Positions 46,301 to 58,800 are shown, counted from the first letter of the stretch. The stretch is 64,000 nt of DNA from Amoebophrya sp. A120 (GCA_905178155.1 CAJINV010000007.1:2771151-2835150), one strand, 5' to 3'. Notes: generated by a model not told the origin, from the letters alone. Translations and numbers: made by a program.

Positions 46301-47755
46301 CACGGTGCCGCCCGGGTGGGTTTTGGACAATTCGTTGAAGAGATTTTTCGCGTTCACCATGTTCGGCAAGTTCTTCGTTTTCTGAATCAACTCCCACAAC
46401 TTCCGGTCCTGCTCGTTCTGGATGTCGTTGAGCCCGAGTTTGCTGTCGTTGTAATCTTCAAACTCCCGGATATCCGACAAGTTCACGATGTGTTTCGCGG
46501 TGTCCTCCCCCGCCTGCTCCCTTTTGTAGCTGTCGGAGACGAGTTTCAAGTACTTCACCACCGGCAGTAAATCCGGGTCGTTCTCGAACTCCGTCTCCAA
46601 AGGCATGTACGTCTGCTCCGGTTTCAGTTCGTCCTCCCCCCGGTAGGCGTTCGTCTTCCGAAGCGTTTCCAGCAGCCACCGCTCCCGCTTTTCCCGGTAC
46701 CGCGCGGCCTCCAGCGCCGCCTGCGACCGCTCTTCTAGTTGGACTTTCCGCGACTTGTACTTGTCCTGATTCTCCTTGTCCTCCGAGAGGAAAAAGTCCA
46801 ACTTCTCCACCGGCAGCCACCCGCGCAAAATCGCCGGTCGGTCCATCTCGGACACCCCAACGGTCTGCACCCGCGGGCCCTTCCAGTCGATAAGGTCCTT
46901 CCCGCCCCGGACGGACAAGTCCCACTCCCGCGCAGAGGGCGGGAGCGTTCTCCGCTTCCACTCCTTGATTTCCTCTTGTTTCGACTTCGCGACGATCTGG
47001 GCAATCTCCTTGACCATGCCGTCGTACGTCGGGTGCGCGCCGACGGACTCGAGCGGCTTGTACATCCCCGGGTCCACCTCGGTCTTCCAGCACACGGTTT
47101 TCCTGCCGAGGCCCTCATGGGTGTAGTCCCGCCGGTCGGAGATCTTGTGGCCAGGCTGGGGCCGCATCGTCTTCATGCTGTCGCACTGCTGCAAACGTTT
47201 CCTCCCCTGGTAGATCGTCCCGAAGTGGTCGGTCTGCGCGATCTCGTGCTTCCCCTCGGGCTCGATCAACTCCCGAAGTTTCTTGAACGCAAGCAGCCGC
47301 TGTCGTTCCTCCGAGATCCGCGTTAATCTCTCCTTCTCGTCCTCCTCCGGCTCCTCGGCGCGCAAACTATTGGTCAAAATCGCGGAGCTGATTTTGTCCG
47401 CCGGGCCCTTGGTCATGCTTTTCGGAAGAGCGGCGGGTTGTTTGTTCTTCAAGAGAGTAGAGGTCCGGTTCTTCGAGGCCCGAGCGGCCGCCGCTTGCTT
47501 CGCCTTCGCGAAGGGCTTTTGCAAGTCGCGCAGCTCCTGGGGCACGGACACGACAAACTGTTTGCCCAGCACGGCCGTTTGCCGGGCATTGTCCGTGTCC
47601 TTTCGGTCGTCCCGCGCACTGTTCGCGGAGGATTCGAGATCCACGCTGGACTGCAGTTCCCGCTCGCGGTCCGCGGTGTCCTGCTCGTTCGGACCATCTT
47701 CGGCTAACAGCGAATCCGCCGCCAGACTTGCGTTGGCTGGGGTAGGGTCCGTCAT
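43338..47755 (-). CDS. Large charged/coiled-coil hypothetical protein, two exons
   Basis: ORFs 45560..47755 and 43338..45563 can be joined by GT-AG intron 45542-45762 (tat g|gtactg...ccag|at tcc). The protein is E/K/R-rich with no recognisable domain. Confidence 0.7.
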
Positions 47756-48716
47756 GGTGTAGCTATGGGTTTTTTTTAACGGGTGACACCTTACGAAATT
47801 CTTTCCAAAGGGTCGCAGTAAAAGTTGGTGAAGATGAAGCTGAGGCTAGAAGAGTTGTATACTGCATTTACCATAATTTTAATTGGGCAGAAAACGAAAA
47901 AATAATGTACAGAGATGAGGAGTCATAGCTTTTTTCTTCCTGGGTGGAAATATCTAGACAGGGTATCTGGAGGTTGTAGCCTGGAAGCGTAGTAGTGACG
48001 AAGTAGTTTTTTCCAGTGACAACATATATGTCTGACGAAGAAAGTGAAACACAGCAAGACGGCCACGAAAACTTCAACCAAAACGTGCACGCACAGCTCC
48101 CATACGATTGTCACAGAAACTTCTTTCTTGCACGACGAAAACCGACTTGCGGCACGACCAGAGTACGACCAAGACGGACCGACGGAAAGCAACAGGAGGA
48201 AGGACGAGCTACTTGAGGGTCTGCGCTTATTTCATCTTGTCACGAAATGGAACACACTAGGACGAGGTACGTAGGCAAAACTGAACGAGAACCAACGGAC
48301 GATATTTTCCACCGAAGTGCAACGCATTTCGATTTCACGAGATTTCAGCAACCGGTAATGAGCACAGACCGACCAGAGGAAACTGCACACACGACGAGGG
48401 AACAGTTGTTAGAGTTACCGAACAAGAATCCAAGTAGATGAGCAGCACGTAGAGCATCAATTTCTTACTCTTCTCTCAAACTACGCTTCGAGAAAGTGTT
48501 GACAAAGTCATTACACTTTGCGGCTCGGTCTCTGGTCTTTCGCGAGGCCGCAATTATCCTGCATCGATTGGAATCCAAGTTGCGTCGAGTGCGCTCATTC
48601 ATAGACCCATCGTAGAAAAAAGCCGTACCAGTAGAGAAAATCAAACTCAAACAGCACAAAGAGCGACGAGAAAAATAAGTGAAAGAGTGATCATAATCCG
48701 TCCCTTCTCCTTCTAC

Positions 48717-51700
48717 TCATTCCACATACCCCCGCGCGTACCTCAGCGCGGCCTGTGCGAGGAAGGGGGTGGCGGCGCGAAAAATGTTGAAGTCCTCCCG
48801 GAGCTGCCGGCCCAGGCCGTCCATCACGGCCAAGGACAAAGCGACATTGACAAAGGAACTCTCTAAGGTCACATTGTGCTGGCCGGCGTAGAGGAGCAAC
48901 TTCCCGGTCACGTGCGCCACGTGCATTTTGCTGTTGGGCTGCCGGAAATCCGTGATCAAAACGCCCACTTTTCGCGCAAACTCCGCTTCGTTGCGAACCT
49001 GCAAGTTTGTTTCCATTTTTGCAAGGTCCAAGTACTAAAACATTTTCGTCATTTTTGTCGCTCAAGCATTAGATGATATACGATTCGTAGTTTCAACTGA
49101 AATTTTTCATCATGATCATTTATCAATACCAGATTTCTATCTCCCGGGCTCCTTTTCACAATGAGGTGCGCCGCGTCCGTCGGGTTGCCGTGTAGCAAGG
49201 CGTAGACGCAGTCGTTGAAATTGGTCGCGTCGCGCGCGTTCAACTCGATGCTCAGACCGCAGTTATCAAATGCAAAAATGTCTGGGTCTGGAAGAATGCA
49301 AGACTTGTGATGCAGGTTTTCCATGACCCATGAGGTCTGGAATGCGAGACCCAGCATGACAGATTTTTTGAGGTCTCTATCATGCCTTTCCTGCATGAGA
49401 AACTCCCTCTCAACTTGGTCAAAAGCGGACAGCTTTTGGTAATCATGCAACACAGATTTAGCATGACAAGTGCTAACCTTCCAGACCCAGACATATTTGC
49501 AATTCATAGCAATCCAAGTAGATCAACTCCGGATCGCCGTGTCGGTTCACCTGGAAAAATATCAAATGTAAAAATGTCTGGGTCTGGAAGAATGCAAGTT
49601 TGTCATGCTTGTCTGGCATGACTCGGGAATCTGTGTTGCATAGGCACGAAAAAGCCCTCTTACCTGTCACGAAAAAACGCAGTTTGCCATGCGGAATACG
49701 TAAGACATGGCAGCCAAGAGATTTGTCATGCATAGCTGCGTATTGCAGTGCGTCTATCATTCATTTTTAACATTACAAGTTTCCAGACCCAGACATTTTT
49801 GCATTTGATAAAAAACATGTTTCCCGGGTGCAGGTCCCCGTGGACAAACCGGTCGGTGAAGAGCATTTTCAAATAGGCGTTCAACGCGAGCGAGGAGAGT
49901 TTCTGCAGAAAGTCTGAACTGTAGCGGGACTTGCGGCGGAGAATGTTAGTGGTATTTTGTTGTCGCTCAAGAACTTGATCTTCATGTTCAAAATCTTGAT
50001 GTTCCTGCTTTCTGTAGTGTTGCTCCAGCAGTTTTTCCTCTTTCTCCTGCCACGAGAACAAATTCAACCAACGGCCTGCGGAGGCTTTCCGGGCGAAAAC
50101 CTCCTGAACTTCCTGTTCGTCTAGGGACGTCGGTGGTGGTGCATTCGCGGCTATGCTGCGGCCGGCGTCCGGCTGCTTTCGTGGGAGGTGAAGCTGTGCA
50201 GATTCGTCGCTTGCTCGCCGGGGCGGGGAAACTGCAGCCGCTGTCCTCGCGGGTTGCGTAGAAGTACTTGTGTTGACAGGCGTAGACAACACCTTACCGC
50301 CCTGCCTGCTGCTCCGATCTGTTATAGCTTTTTTCTCCTGTACCTGTTCCCACCCGCGCAGCAACTCCTGCATGGGTAGTCCCTCTTCGAACGACTCGAC
50401 GAGCAAATCCTTACTGGCGAAAATGATCTCCGGAAACCGCACGTTGTCGTAGTTTTCAAAGTTCTTTCGAAAGCGCTCCGTGTGTTCCGCCTCCCTCCGC
50501 AGATCCGTCTGCGCGGACAGAATGATGGAAAACTGCGACACGGCCTCCGTTAGCACCATAAACCTCGTAAACGGGAGAAAGTATTCCACCGCCCAGGCGA
50601 GCGCCTTCAGAATTTCAAGGTCCGCGGCAATCGTCTCCCGCACCCCGGGGTGCAGGATTTTCACCGCGACGCGCCTCGGAGAGGAGAAGGGGGCCGTGAT
50701 CGAAGTCGTGACCACAGATGGGCCTGTTTCATCTGCTTGAGAAAAATCCAAATTCTCTCCGTAACTCTGCCACGTCCCGCGGTGCACCTGCGCAATGCAG
50801 CCGGAGCCGACGACGTGGGGGTCTAAATGGAGCTTTGACGATAAGGGTTCTTGTTGTCCCTCAAACAAGCTGTCGTCCCCCACCACCAGGCTCGTTCCCC
50901 TCACCACCTCCTCGCTCTTCGCAAAATCGTGCGGCGTGCAGCGGGAATGGAGCTCCGAGAGGTGTAAACAGAGTTGATCGGGGAACAAATCTGGCCTAGT
51001 GGCCGCCCACTGCGCAAACTTCACAAAGGCCGGGCCGCATTGCTCCACGCAGGTGAGCAGTAGGGAATACCACGTCGTGCGGTAAGAGCTGCTCTGGTGC
51101 CAGCAAAAGGCCGCGGGCGCACTGAAGACCAACAGGGGCGCGAAATTGAAGAAGATCGTCGCGCACCGGGTCGTCATGCGGAAGAGTTTTCGCGTTAGTC
51201 TCACGATGGCGTTTGCTAACTCGGAGGTGCTGTGCAAAAGTTTCTTGTACATCGAGAGGATATTGTTCTTCTTCTTGTCGTTCTGCGTAATATTAAAGAC
51301 CAGGGAGGTCGTAGGGTCCAGCGCATAAGAATCTGCTGCACTTCCAGCCCCCCGTGGTCCGCCTGATGCTGCAAAAGCCGCCGTTGTGGAGCCGCCTGCT
51401 GTGCTACAGTGCACGACGCGAGGGTTGCTTCGACGAAGCAACTCCGCCCCGTGTCGCAGGCTGGCCCGCAATGACCGCGGCCTTCGCTCCGCGAACTTGG
51501 GGCGAGACGCTTTTGCTGAGGAAACCTCTCTCTGATTTGATGCAGCGGCCGCGGATCCCTGGTGCGTATGCTCTGTGGTCTCCGCACCCATTGTCTCTTC
51601 TTGATGTCGTGAAGAGATGCAAAGTCCTGCTGCACCATGGCCGACGTCGTCGTGCTGTGTCCGTATCTTCTGTTCCTTGGATATTTCCTCGCACAAGATT

Positions 51701-52020
51701 GAGCTGCTTCGTAGTAGATTTGGTCCCGACCCACCTGACCCGCATCCGATACCGATTGACAGAGCCGATTTGCAGGCATCCTCTCGGTTGCAGTTGCCAA
51801 CATGTGCTGCTGTCCGCTGTTCGCTATTGGGATCTTTCGGTCTCGTCGACGACGACGCCGAGGGTGTGGATTCTGTCGCAGACCAAAGCGTGTAAGCAAG
51901 CAGTGCGGTTCCGGTAGCCAGCTTCGCGGCTCCGGGTGCAACGCGGCTCGGCGTCGGTGGTAGGAGCGACCTGTAATTCTTCACAATGCGCACACGACAA
52001 CGCACTCCACCAGGGTACAT
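48717..52020 (-). CDS. ABC1/UbiB atypical kinase (ADCK2/Cqd1-like), four exons
   Basis: Motifs GPAFVKFAQWAATRPDLFP (KxGQ-like), VGSGCIAQVHRG, VAVKILHP and QTDLRREA. After excising two introners the catalytic region reads FVHGDLHPGNMFFQVNRHGDPELIYLDCGL. GT-AG intron 48999-49129; C-terminal DGLGRQL. Confidence 0.9.
49264..49508. mobile_element. Introner/MITE family A, inserted in the kinase DCG motif
   Basis: TIR TATCAAATGCAAAAATGTCTGGGTCTGGAAG...CTTCCAGACCCAGACATATTTGCAATTCATA, with repeat GCAGT (49259-49263) / GCAAT (49509-49513). Confidence 0.93.
49560..49810. mobile_element. Introner/MITE family A, just after the catalytic loop
   Basis: TIR TATCAAATGTAAAAATGTCTGGGTCTGGAA...TTCCAGACCCAGACATTTTTGCATTTGATA, with direct repeat AAAAA at 49555-49559 and 49811-49815. 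Confidence 0.95.
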
Positions 52021-52822
52021 AGTACTCGGGCTGCTCGCGACATGTGGCTTTGAAAAAAGATGGTGAAAATTTACTTTAACTTTTCTTGTGCTTTAGGTGT
52101 CTCGCAACTTCTTACACGCGCTTTCATTGACTACATTACGTAATGCGGCTCTTCCGACGCGGATCATTGCACTGTCTCTTTTTTTTTACCTAATACAGTT
52201 CCCGCACTTCGGTTCTCACTCAGCTCCTTGATGTAGTGCCGTGCGCCCACCCGGACTCAGTTCTAGCACTAGTTCTCATGCTGTCACTACGTATCTAAAA
52301 ATTTCCAAGGTTTCGAACTCTACTGAGACTGCCAGCCACAAAAAAAATTGCGGTAAAAGACTGCATTGAGTCGACAAAAGTAGTTATTTTTCGCTGACTT
52401 TGATATTGTCATTTCTCCATTTCTTGATTGTCTGGCTCGTCTATTGTCCTACGGCCTTGTCACGGAAACAAATCGTTTCTGAACCGTGTTCATTTTCTGA
52501 AAGTGAGGGAGTCTCTGTTTTCATACGTCCCGCTTGCATCTGTTTCTCTTTTACTTGGTACACAGACGAGCCTTGCCTAAGCGGTCTACAAATAGAAAAA
52601 TGAATGTCTACGTCGAAACTACATTGATTTTGCAAGATCAAGGCCCTCCACAACATGAGGCTGCGCTTGCAACCCGAGGTAGAAGTAGAGGAACTCACTT
52701 TCTGCATCCCCTGGGTGTTGACATGGACGTGCCCGTGCAGTCTTACTTTCTATCGTACAGGTACATCCATAGTAGGCGGGTCGTGCACAGCGTATCGAGT
52801 TGAAGAATCCACGACCATCTAT

Positions 52823-54436
52823 CTACTCCATCGTGGGCACATTGTCCAGATCGGACTTAATCACTTCGTACTTGTCCTCCGCTTCGGATTTCACATTTTC
52901 GTTCACCGTGGCTTTCGATCGTCGATCCTCCTCCTCTGGTGGAGCGGTTTCCGGCTGCAGCTCTACGTTAACTTCTGTCACTGGTCGTTCTTGGAGCGGC
53001 TGCGGTGCCGCGGCTTGCGTTTGCTCGTCTGTCGGCACGTTTTGTCGCTCTTCTTCAGACCCGATCTGAAACCTGATAAAGATTAGTTCCTTTTGTGACT
53101 CGCAGCACAGCACAGACTGTAGTTAGAATTTGAAATCTTCTACACGCAAAGAATACACCCGTAGCTCGTAATGGAGCAAACCAACAACTACGCCATTGTC
53201 ATTTTTGTAGCATTTCGATTTCAACCACTTAGACTTACATCACTACCCATGTCCCATGAACGGCTGAAACGGCGGCTCCCTCGGTGCCAGCACACCGCTC
53301 TGCTCGCCCGCTGCGCCGCCGGGAGAACCCGGATTCATCCCCGGGGACGACGCACCCCCCGTCGTGGAAATGTTTGGCGGCTGCCAGCTGAACAGGCGGC
53401 CCCGGACCGCTTTCAACAGTTGAAAGCCCGTGTACATCACCGCGAAGGAGGCCAGCGGCTGTAACACGAAGGTGAACTTCAAGAAAGGCAGGAGAAACAG
53501 CGAGTGTTTCGACGACGTGGCCTTCAGCGTCAGCAACACGTTTGCCAGGGTAATGGATTGGAGCGCGCCCTGCATTCCGGAAACCACCACGATCGAGGAG
53601 AGCAACCCGCCTCCCGTCGTCAACCCCTCCGGCGTGACGGCGTACAGCCCCATAGCGGAGGTGACACAGGACAAGAAGCCCACGACAAACTCCCCGAGGA
53701 AAAATTGTGTTAATCCCACCGCCGCGACGAGAAAGTTGCTGTTTACGTAGTGCTTGTGGTAAAACTGGCAGTCTTCGTCGAAGAACTGCATGCTGCGGAC
53801 CTGCTCCCAGGGGGGCGGCGTCCGGCTGTCCATGTACAGAATGGGCAGACAGCTGTACTTCAGGGTGAGCTGGTGAAAGTGCAGGTTCGGAAAAGAGAAA
53901 GTAGGGGTTCTGCTTGAAGAATCTGTGTCTTTGTCTCTCGATCTGGATGATGTTGAACTTGATAGTGCCCCAGAAAAATTCTCCTCCTGGTGCTGCTCCG
54001 CGAAAGAGGACCGGGTTCCAACTTGGTCCTCATGTGCATGTCCTGAAACAACTGGCACCGAGAACAAAAACTTTTCCAGAAGCTTCTTATTCTTGTTCAA
54101 AGGGTTCTTAACTGTTCCAGAGAGGGAAGATGAAAGATCAGAAGTCAAATGACCTTCCGCTGCGGTGAGGAACCCCGTGAACTGCCTCCAGCTAGTGCCC
54201 GATGTCGGGCGACGTTTCTGAAAACTCCAGGTGTGCCAACTGGTGTATGGGTCGTACAGACGGACACCGGCAGAGGAAGTACTGGACGAGGAGCAACTGG
54301 TATTGCTACCCGTAGTACTTGTAGAGCCCGCGGCGAATTGTGCTGGCGCCGCTTCGCTACCTGACTGGGACGCTGGTCCTCCGCTGCCTTGACCAGGCGG
54401 GGCAGACAAGAGGTAGTCCGCGGTACGGCGAGCCAT
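52823..54436 (-). CDS. Multi-pass membrane protein with an SHP-box-like motif (FMGHGFQIG), two exons
   Basis: GT-AG intron 53073-53246 joins PFQPFMGHG to FQIGSEEE, creating an FxGxGxx[IL]G motif. About four hydrophobic helices lie upstream. Confidence 0.65.
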
Positions 54437-55846
54437 TTTTGAGGTCCTCACCAGCGGCTTATTATCATTCGTGGGGAAAAGAACCAAAGATTAGCGACTA
54501 CTCCAAAAGTGATCTTGTTGCTGTTGCTCTTTTAAAAAGTACTTTTACCAGGTGCTGTGGCTTCGCCAAAGGGCCTAAAGGAAGTACTTCTCCACAGGAC
54601 AAGAACCGAACTGCATGTCGCTCTGAGCAATACAGCACAACTGAAGATCCACAAATTTTATGCCTGTTCTCGTCCCGAAGAAGGAGCAAGATAGGCCAGC
54701 AAAAGCACGATCATCCTCGTCCGCATGGTGTGCTCGGACAGCCGCGGCGCACATTTACTTGTTCGCCGATACTGCTCTCTGAAGGATCGATTGCGACTAA
54801 ATAACTGTGAAAGAAACGACGAGGGCGATAGCGATGGCGATTGAGAAGACAATGAAACGAGCTAATGGCGAGAGGACACTGCGCATTCGCAATGTCATCG
54901 AGGCTCGAGAAAACGACAACGAATCGAACGACTTACGACCAAATTACTTGTGTGCCGCATTTGCATTGGTGCACACGAACTCCATGTTTCGAACATTCAC
55001 TTTTCTTTCTTGCGTCGCCATCAAATCCGAAAATTATCTTTCAGGTCGGCATGGCTCGTGTCATTTCTCGCATATCTTCAGAAGAGTAGTTGCTTCTCGC
55101 GGAAGCTCGTCCTGCGCGTCAACTTTGTCAGGTCGCAAATCTTCACTCGCTATCTCTTACGAAGCACAGACCATCATTTTCAACTTTTAGCTTCAACTTA
55201 TATCAAAATCGAAATCCGGAAGCAAAAAAGAAAAACGTACTTACAGAGGTACATCTTCAACATGCTAGTTCATTGTTAGTTCAACACACACTCATTTACA
55301 CGTAGCATCAAATCTAGGCGTGCGCTACGTATGACAGCGTGCTTAAAATATATTTTTTCGGCTGTGTTCATCATCCGTGAATTAGAATTAGTATCGCGGT
55401 GCGAGTGCGACAGCGACAAGTAGACGAAAAAGAGTACTTAACTTGTCGTTCTTGATGTCACAACCTCCCGCCTGGAAGTCGCACCCTGCTACCACGAGCG
55501 CGATAAATCAAGTTTTACGACTTTTCTGTTTGTTTACCCGAAAGCCAAGAACGAATAGTAAAGTTCAAATTGCAAAAAGTCAACATCATGCCACATGACC
55601 GGATTCATTTTGATACACTCTCACAGAGAGCAAAGGAATTCGCATTCAAGTACATTCGTGTTCATCAAAACATCGGTATAGACCTTGTTTCCCCTAACAA
55701 ACAATCCTCCAGAAAACCTAGTAGTAGAAATCAATCCATAAATATGGCATTGGAACATCCTGCTACTGTAGACCATAGACCGAGTTGCCTCGGCTCTCGT
55801 GCGATAAATCTATTCTAAGTCGTCTTCAAGAACTCCTTCCAGGTTT

Positions 55847-58800
55847 TTACTTCTGCGCTTTTTTCATCGGCGATGATGTCGTCGACTTCTTCGTCGGCGA
55901 AGGACTTTTGTTTCGCTGCAGCTTCGCTGGCGAAGTGATTTTCGCCTTTTTGTTTTCAGTGGCGGCGGAAGCAGTTGGATCGCCCGTGTTAGTTTTTGTT
56001 TGCAAATCACTCGGCCTCGCTCCTGCAGCTCCTACCGCTTTCCGTTCCACCACACTTGTCTTATTATTTGTTGAAAGAAATAGTTCGTCGCAATTGGTGA
56101 AACTGCTGAAGCCCCAACTCCGTAAGACTTCCATCGTGGCCCAGGTGTCGATCCAGTAGCCCGTGTGGTGCACGAAGACGATGGCGGAGGACACTGCGAC
56201 TAGCGCCTTGTACTCGACGGAGGAAACTTCGTACGGCGAGTCAAAGATCGCGTTGAACAGGTTGATTGTAAGCATCCAGAAGTACTGCGGACCGTAGAGC
56301 AGGAGCTCGCAAAGAATACCTTTTTGTTTTTTTCACGTCGTCGTCGTGAAAAATCAACATCGCGCCATCCAGTGTTGAGTCGCTTGTTAGTTCCCACATT
56401 TGCATACCGCACACACTATCTAAATCAACAAATTTCATTTGTATGTTGGACATCAAGTTGATGTAAGTAACTACCGTATTCATACAGCACGACGGCGGCC
56501 CCTCCGCAGAAAAATCGCTTGACGCCCCAGCCAGACGTGTTTTCCTTGTTCGACGGCGCCAACCCGAAGACAATGTCGCGGTTCCTTCCCAGTAACAAAA
56601 TCACCAAGCCACCCAGCACCACGGCAAAGTGGTTGATACCCTCGAAAAGCTGGTACATTTGGAACTCCTCCCCAAACGCACGGGGGCGCTTGCACAGGTC
56701 CGCGAGAAAATCAATCGCGGCGGACTGCTGCGTGACGTAGCTGTTCAGCATGGTGTCGACGGAAATGGTTGGTAGGACCGGCAGGACCCAGGCCGTCATC
56801 AAAACGGTAAACTCCTGCTCCAAAGCCCGCCGCATGTCCGAATATTGCGTGCCGTTCTGACGCCCGAGGAAGACGCTGTGGATGAGATTGATGTTGGTGG
56901 CAAGGAAGATCGTATTTTTACTTTTAGCAACCATGTAGTTGACACATATCGCTTGGAAGCGAAACCAAAACGTAAAAAAGAGTAAGAGAAGCACCGCTCC
57001 AAAACATGAAATAAAGGTGGGACCCTAAACCCTGAAACCTAAACCAAACCCGGTCGCTCCAAAACATGAAACACATGCATACACGTTCCACGCGGCTCTG
57101 CGAGAGGTTTGCGGTGCTCTAAATTTGACCCTGTCTCCCGGAAAGCGATCCACCCAACGTAGTACGGGCGAGCAAGGGTGTGAAGGAACCCTCTGCGTTC
57201 GTGATGTGGACGAACGCCGCAAGAGGTGAACAAGGATCCTGGAGGTGCCTGGGCCGCCCTTTGCTGGGGGGGGCGACTTAGAGCGCACCGGCGGGCTCTA
57301 TATCCATGCTCCTGATGGCCGCATCAATGCGTCTTCGCTACGAGCGTCGTGTTGATTGATTTTGCCACGATCTTTCAATGTCGGCGGCGGGCTACAAGCC
57401 TTGTGCCGCGTTCATCGTGCATCCTGTATTCTAGCGGATGCTACTGCTCCATCTCTCCACAGATAGAGAGAGGAGGGGGGGAATCTACTACGAGCAGGCC
57501 CCCCGATGCCAGGGCAGCCTCTACGGCAGCAACCCGGAGGGCAGACGCGGACGCACGGGAAAGGCGCAGGGACCAGCCCTGCGAGGGCATTGCATGCGTC
57601 AACGCGCGTAATTAAGAGCGATGGGGGGCGCAGCCCAATCCTTCGGACGCGGGCCCATGGCTTTCAGGTGCTTGCTAGGTGGCAGGGAGGCGCATGGCAG
57701 TCGCGGGCCTTCGTGTCTCGCACATCTTTGCGCGCTCGCTGCGTGGCCCTGTATTGGCGTCCCGTTGTCGTATGCTCCGGGGCTGCACACGCAACCGATC
57801 GGATGCGACGGGCATGCCACAGGGGAGGCTACAGGGGCGCGGGCAATGTTTTTAGACGCTGAAGGCGGCGCGCGATGGTCTAGCTGCGAGCTAGACCTGC
57901 TGCGACGAGCGTTCCACGGACCGAACTAGGCCAGATGCTCCACAGGCCTCGCGTAGCTGAGGCGGATGCATTGTCTCACTCTGAGCGCGTTGCCAGTCGG
58001 TCCTGGCATCAGCTGGGTCCTAAAGACAGACCAAGTACTTTTGTGCTCCGAGCACATGGGCTCCCTTCCCTACAAGGGCGGGACCAAAACATGAAATAAA
58101 GTACATGAAATAGAGAAGGTGTTCGATGAATCCCGCAATGACGCTGTTGTAATACTGTCGTGTCGTTCTTCTGCTCGTACTCAAAGATGATGTTCTACTT
58201 TTAGTGGAGTCCGCAGCTACTCCCCCTTTGTCCTCCACTTTGGAACCATCCTCTGTCGACATCAACATTTGTCTTCTTGGAAAACCCCAAAAATGCATCA
58301 TGGGAATGGTGAAGATGAGATAACTTGCCGTCATACCCGCAGCTGGCTCGAACCCGATGCGCATCGCCCCGAGGAATGCGAAAGTTCCCAGTATGCCGCC
58401 CCACAGGTGTGTTTGGCTGTGAGTAAGGGTTTTGTGTCGGAACATCAAAACAACAGCAAAGAAATGCAGCGAGCGTTGTTAGGTCATGCGGGCGGCAGAA
58501 ACGTTTTGCAAGCGTTGAATCTCATACACACCTAACATGAGAAAAAAGGACAAATATATAAGTACAATTGCATCTTGAAAAATTCCCGGCAGCTCATGGT
58601 GTTTATCGCCAGCAGCAGCGAGAAGCCTGCTATTATGCCAACGCCAAAGACAATGTAGGTGGCGAAGGGCGTCTCTGCGGAAAACGCGACTAGGGGCGGG
58701 GAGGAGATTCCGGCAGATGATGCAGTGTGAGACTTAGCCGTCCCGACAGCTGCGTCATGATTACTGTAGTACCCCGGCGGCGGCGGGGCGGGTGCTGAAG

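Noticed and set aside
6587-49810. Recurring peptides such as IKCKNVWVWK, SNVKMSGSG and LPDPD in many short ORFs
   Set aside because: They are translations of the family A TIR, not a protein family.
6587-49810. CRISPR-like interpretation of the ~30-bp repeats
   Set aside because: The repeats are dispersed inverted pairs with TSDs, not a direct-repeat/spacer array, and no cas genes are present.
57017-58083. Group I or group II intron, or hammerhead ribozyme, assignment
   Set aside because: I could not find P7 R/S elements, a GUGYG start with domain V, or a CUGAUGA...GAAA core by eye. A covariance-model search is needed.
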